In this document: positions 39,501 through 43,837 of the stretch, piece by piece | Layout of the letters: every line of letters begins with the position of its first letter | Numbering within the stretch: the stretch's first letter is position 1 | Assembly: GCA_001642005.1 (NCBI GenBank) | Contig: LWCA01000177.1 | Coordinates: 1-43,837, forward strand | Origin: Intoshia linei | Lineage: Eukaryota; Animalia; Orthonectida | Direction: 5' to 3' | Length of the DNA stretch: 43,837 nt | Notes under the pieces: generated by a model | Database searches by the model: none | Seen by the model: only the letters and a program-made list of their open reading frames with translations | Told to the model about the DNA's origin: nothing | Translations under genes and position numbers: made by a program

Positions 39501-41110
39501 ATCATTTTAACAATAAGTGAAACAGAAGCTGATTGATTAATCGATTAAAATTATTAATTACGTTGACCATCACCTTGAAAATATATTAAAAATAAGACGA
39601 GAAATTTCTAAGCTAATCATATATTATTTGTCTATTATATAAAAATATTTCTGAGTGGTTTCATTTAAAACACCTGAGGACTGTATCATTTTGCTTTCCA
39701 ATAAATATATTTTCTAGATTCTTTGGACAATGTTGTTTTGCATAATTTCTAAGATTATTAAATATTGCATAGATTCCATCCTTTCTTAATTCTTCAAAAT
39801 CTTCCAATTCTTTATTTTCTGCTATATTGCTATTGTCAATAACGTCATTAATTTGGTCTTCAATATAATTGACATGTTTTAATTTATATTTTTGGTCACT
39901 TTTTGGAAAAGAAATTTATTTATATTAGTATGGATTTGCTATATTGTCTTAAAAAGTGGTCATTTTTAGAGTTTCTACTGTATAAGTAAATACTAAAACG
40001 TACATTTACAGTTAAAAAACGTTTTTTGATGATTCTTGTGAATATTTAATTAATTGAGGTTTTGTATTAGATTAAATAGTGAGATAAGAACGTAGTTAAC
40101 AGATATTTCCAAAATTAAAAAAAATCTATTCTTGTAATTAGACTATAAATTCGGTTCAAAATAAGCATAAAATGTTACGGCGTTACGAATTGAACTCATT
40201 ATTTACGTTATACATTTATGGTATTAATATATTGTAAATTATATCAAAAAAACGGTGCTTCACCTCTATGGTCTCATAAATTAACAATTTAATTAAAACA
40301 AATAATTATATATTTCAATAATTAACTCAAGTTTGAAAATTCTAACCGCATTAGTTTTACGCATATTCGATAGAGTTTAATTTTCTGAACATTACTATGT
40401 ACTGTCATTACATTTTTAGTCAACATTGGCGTAGCTATGATGCATTCCTTTTGAGAATGTATTTAAAAATATAGTACATTATATTCTATTCCGTTCATTA
40501 AAGCCATTATGTGTCAATTATCAATGTTGACAATATATACGTTAACTATATACGTATTTAACTTGTGTTAACCATATATGTTAAATTTTTTATAATAATT
40601 TTACAATATCCTGAAAATATACAAATCTGACTAACAAACCACGTAAAAAGAAATATGGTAGCATATAATTTATATGTATCGTTTTTTTAATTTATGAGAG
40701 AGAATGGCTGATTTATAAAATGTATGTAATTTAGACATTTTTTTAATTTATATATTTTTAATTGATATAATTATAGATCATTAAAATAAATAATAAAAAT
40801 TTTAAAAAAAAACCATATTCAGCTGCCGACATACAGTAAGATGCTACGGCGCACTATTTGGGGAGAACTGGGTTATATGGTTATACTATTTGTTATATAT
40901 TTAAGGTTCGTGTAATAAAAACTTGGCCACGTTTCCCCAAATTAACTACACGTACGTACGCCTAAATAACAAAAAAATTACATAGAATACACTTCCAAAG
41001 CTTCCATGTCCAATTTCTCTCAAATTTTTATAAATTTTTTCTGGGTTTTGTTCATTAAACAATTTATTCACTTGTGGATCTTTAAGAATAGCAAAATTTG
41101 TCTTGTTCAT
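27547..41110 (-). CDS. TAOK: TAO-family STE20 serine/threonine kinase, 872 aa, 17 exons
   Basis: Exons 41110-40982, 38098-38027, 35357-35256, 34634-34589, 33375-33226, 33157-33103, 32895-32798, 32752-32574, 32535-32374, 32334-32166, 32087-31985, 30589-30475, 30438-30304, 28778-28650, 28611-28417, 28379-27948 and 27894-27547 total 2619 nt, all GT-AG. Motifs: [73 protein letters not shown], and a coiled-coil tail. Confidence 0.95.
29265..29915. mobile_element. Foldback-type element with internal direct and inverted subrepeats (TAO intron 13)
   Basis: TIRs GAGCGACATAATCATTGATTTT / GAGCGTCATAATCATCGATTTT (rc). The CCAATTTTTA.AGATTTTGATAA..ACCAAAATTTGGTAG block recurs at ~29338 and ~29547 and is inverted at ~29725-29793. 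No clean TSD. Confidence 0.7.
33455..34569 (+). mobile_element. Chapaev3-like (CMC) DNA transposon relic in TAO intron 4
   Basis: Frameshifted ORFs [21 protein letters not shown] and [27 protein letters not shown] match the Chapaev3 transposase C-half. TIRs AACTGTCCAACA / CACTGTCCAACA (rc); 3-bp TAA flanks. Confidence 0.8.
36121..37271 (-). mobile_element. Internally deleted piggyBac element in TAO intron 2
   Basis: TTAA at both flanks; TIRs CCCTTTAGTGCTCGC / CTCGTTAGTGTTCGC. Acidic N-terminus, [10 protein letters not shown] motif, and C-terminal Cys-rich [18 protein letters not shown] with a stop at one Cys position. Confidence 0.88.
38620..38887. mobile_element. Degenerate hAT-type MITE
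   Basis: Perfect 8-bp direct repeat TTATACAC (38612-38619, 38888-38895); GTCCAC/GTGGTCC subterminal motifs; right end AAAAGGTTGTAGACCTCG. TIRs are poorly preserved. Confidence 0.55.
38969..40870. mobile_element. 1.9-kb non-autonomous hAT element with nested insertions (TAO intron 1)
   Basis: TIRs CAGTGTTTCCCAAA / CAGTTCTCCCCAAA (rc); GCGGCGCA-type subterminal motifs; perfect TSD GGTTATAT (38961-38968, 40871-40878). Confidence 0.85.
39372..39980 (-). mobile_element. pogo/Tigger-like element nested in the hAT element
   Basis: 30-bp TIRs CAGTAAACACTCGAAAGGTGACCACTTTTT / CAGTAGAAACTCTAAAAATGACCACTTTTT (rc); TA on both sides; an acidic open stretch on the minus strand (~39660-39880) resembles a transposase C-terminus. 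Confidence 0.8.
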
Positions 41111-42388
41111 AGATTAAGTAATAAACGTAGGAAAATTGATCTAAACTAGTCAATGTACAATTCAAATTTAATTTATTGATGTTGATTTAGTCGACAATAT
41201 AAAATTTGTAAATAATGTGACACGTACCACCAAGAATTATATTTACAATAAAAATTAGATATAACGTAATAACATAATTTTTTTAATTTTAAATTTGAAT
41301 CCATTTATAAACGTGTAATGTTAGAGATTAATCAATAATTTTTATACTAAAAGTTTAAATTAAATGGTAGTCACAGATTTTTATTTACAGATTGTTAGTT
41401 TCATTTTGAATTTCAGATTTTAAATTTAAATTTTAAATGTATATTAAATTTGAAAACGGTAAACAGGTAATTTATTATACATTTTAACGAATTATATTGC
41501 ATTTTTTTGAATTTTAAATTTTTACACATGTGTCATGTTTTATAAACTAGGTCGCGAAAAGTTCCAAAAAGCAATATAATCGTATTGATAAATAAAAATT
41601 AATTTTTTTGTTGATTTTGTTTGAATATTTTTCTTTTTAAGGTTGATATATGGATTATTTGCATTATGTTTAGTCGAATAAAACTTGTTTACACATACTT
41701 TTCACATTTAATTAAAACCTATAAGTAGTACTTATTAAGTACGCTAGTCCATGTAGCGTGTATACACTGTATATTCGTATTATAGTTCAATTTACTGTAC
41801 TGTAGTTTATTCAGAAATTATTAGGATGTAGAAACATGGGCAATATTTATTAAACGCAACCATTCGGGCTCATGGGTTGCACTTATTAAAACGATGTGAG
41901 TTATATGTGATAAGTTATAACTAGAGCAATTTATTTATGACCAAAAATTCAAAAAAAATATTAAAGTTAATATTAAATATAAGTTAAAAAAATTTTCAAA
42001 GTGTGTTTCCTAACATTATTTGAAAAATTGCCAAATGTTTCGTTTTTTCTTAAAAAACAACATTAACAACCCTTTCATTTTTTAAGATAAATCAGTAAAT
42101 TCAACCCATACATCAGTTAAAATCTAAATATACTTAAAAAAATAAAATTTTTCGGCCCCACACGGGCTATACATCAGTTTGTCTGTTTTAAAAATAGTTA
42201 ACTTTTGTGACTTCTCAAAATTATAATAAGAATTATCTTAAGAGTTCTTAAATTTTTGTTAGAACATTGTAAATAAACGATTATATTCATTACATTTTAA
42301 TCATTTTTTGGTTTTTCGACTTGCTACAATTTTTTACTGTTTACAAAAATGTTTATTATTAAAAATCTTTACTATCTTAATAAATTAG

Positions 42389-42530
42389 ATGATTCAGCGT
42401 ATTACGTGTTGCAAGGATGATAATATTGATAGAGATGAATCTGGAGACTTGAAAAATTTGATTCATTCAAATTTAAATTATTTTAAAAATGGAATAGAAA
42501 TTGGAAACGCTTATGAATTTATTTCAAAAG
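42389..42530 (+). pseudogene. ASH2L-like SPRY-domain exon; surrounding gene appears broken
   Basis: AG..GT-bounded exon reading ..DNIDRDESGDLKNLIHSNLNYFKNGIEIGNAYEFISK, versus recalled ASH2L [36 protein letters not shown]. An upstream GLYISL-like piece lies near 42165, but I found no consistent splice path. Confidence 0.45.
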
Positions 42531-42552
42531 GTAATTTTATAAAGATACTGGC

Positions 42553-42599
42553 TTGACTGTTATATACTTTATACAAACAGTACCTAGCTCTGTGGAGGG
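42553..42599 (+). mobile_element. Hairpin terminus of a dispersed Helentron/HINE-like repeat (one of six copies)
   Basis: Consensus TTGACTGTTATGTACTACGTACAAACAGCACCTAGCTCTGCCGAGGG. Other copies at 3562(+), 10313(+), 15045(+), 19898-19940(-) and 21527-21566(-). Confidence 0.55.
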
Positions 42600-43327
42600 T
42601 AAATTTTTTTTTTAATTCTACCAAAATTCAAGATTTTTCGTTTAAAATTAATTATTTAAACATAAATTCCAGACGTGTGGTGATAGTACATAAAATTGCA
42701 CTGGACAGTGAAAGGGTTAATGGAGTGGTTCCCAAACTTGTTTCACCATGGGCTGTCATTTTAAATTGGCTTTTAATTACATAGAACGTGAATTATTACA
42801 CTTAAATTTATTTTAACATTTATACGTGTATTTGTTTAAAGAATTTAAAAAAAGCATAATTGAGGTTTTTGGCTGAAAGGTTCAATTACTGAAAATGTTA
42901 ATATATAATTAAAACTTTAATATATAGTCAGACACGAACCTTGCTGTACCTGAATAGCCCTCTTTGGGACCTCAGCGAAATTTTTGTAAAATGGCCTTAT
43001 TTTCCCAATATAAACATACAAAAGTATACCTTTGAATATCAACTATTGTGTCAAATTTAAAATGCTAAGTCCAAATCCGGGGTAGGTCTATCGATATAGA
43101 TGGATATATTACATTACTTATCATTTGCTATTTTTTTAAGTCCTATATTTGATTTCTATTGAGTAGCCTTCAATCTGATTGGATCGGCTTTGTCTATAGT
43201 TAATACTTATTATTTCACCATACATTGTATATTTTAGATAACGAAAAAAATTCAAAATTTTTAAATGATTTAATAATAACATGGTATTTTTGTTATTTTT
43301 TATATATACACATATTCTTAGTTAGGG

Positions 43328-43376
43328 CAGTGGTTTTCAACCGGGGGTTGCGAAGTTTATCAAGGGGGTCGTGAGA
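43328..43376 (+). mobile_element. Left end of a hAT-type element
   Basis: CAGTGGTTTTCAACCGGGGGTTGCGA..GGGGGTCGTGAG. Similar unpaired ends at 630, 10499, 15177, 16819, 20854, 39079 and 42723. Confidence 0.5.
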
Positions 43377-43837
43377 ATTTGAACACAGTATAAAATATAA
43401 ATAAAACTGAATATGCTTTTTTAATATTTTCATTCATGTGAATTGATAAGATGTTTGGAGTATATAGAAAATTTTAGAATTCGATTGGCAATTAGCACTA
43501 AAAGTGTGTATTTTTAAAATAGAAAAACTAATTCGCAATCAAAAACATTTAACGATATCTATTCGAGTTTCGTTTGTCGTTTTAAATATCACTGTATAAA
43601 TATTATGGAGAAATTAATGTGTGTTAATTAATGGTGTCCCACTTTTTTTTTTATAGAAAAAGTATACCCCGGCAATGTTTTTCATTTACTTCAAGGGTAT
43701 TATATATAAATTTGTAAATCATAATATTAAGGTTTGGTCAGGCGCGGACCGAATGAAATTTTAATATTAATTCAGAATAAACTTAAAGTTATTTATGAAT
43801 ATTACCTGAATTACTATTCACGCTTTTTATAAAATGG

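Overview
Eukaryotic (animal) genomic DNA, very AT-rich, with short GT-AG introns of 35-53 nt alongside kb-scale transposon-filled introns. This resembles a compact invertebrate genome such as an orthonectid, but the taxon is my inference only. Splicing by hand gives five recognisable host genes: a PHD+JmjC demethylase (KDM7/PHF8 type, +), TAF10 (-, absent from the ORF track, 5' end unresolved), a CLIC lacking the redox Cys (+), an intronless motif-degenerate class A GPCR (+), and a 17-exon TAO kinase (-). A decaying polycystin-1/REJ-like locus (WSC, EGF, CUB-like, REJ, GAIN/GPS pieces, about 4.3-19.5 kb) brackets the KDM7 gene on the same strand. There are also 3' exons of an unidentified gene and an ASH2-like SPRY relic. 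Non-coding DNA is full of DNA-transposon relics: Tc1, pogo/Tigger, hAT and hAT MITEs with 8-bp TSDs, a Merlin-derived foldback, Chapaev3, piggyBac, a probable P-type excision footprint and a Helentron/HINE-like hairpin family. I saw no rRNA, tRNA, CRISPR array or retroelement ORF. All family calls come from recalled motifs, not database searches.
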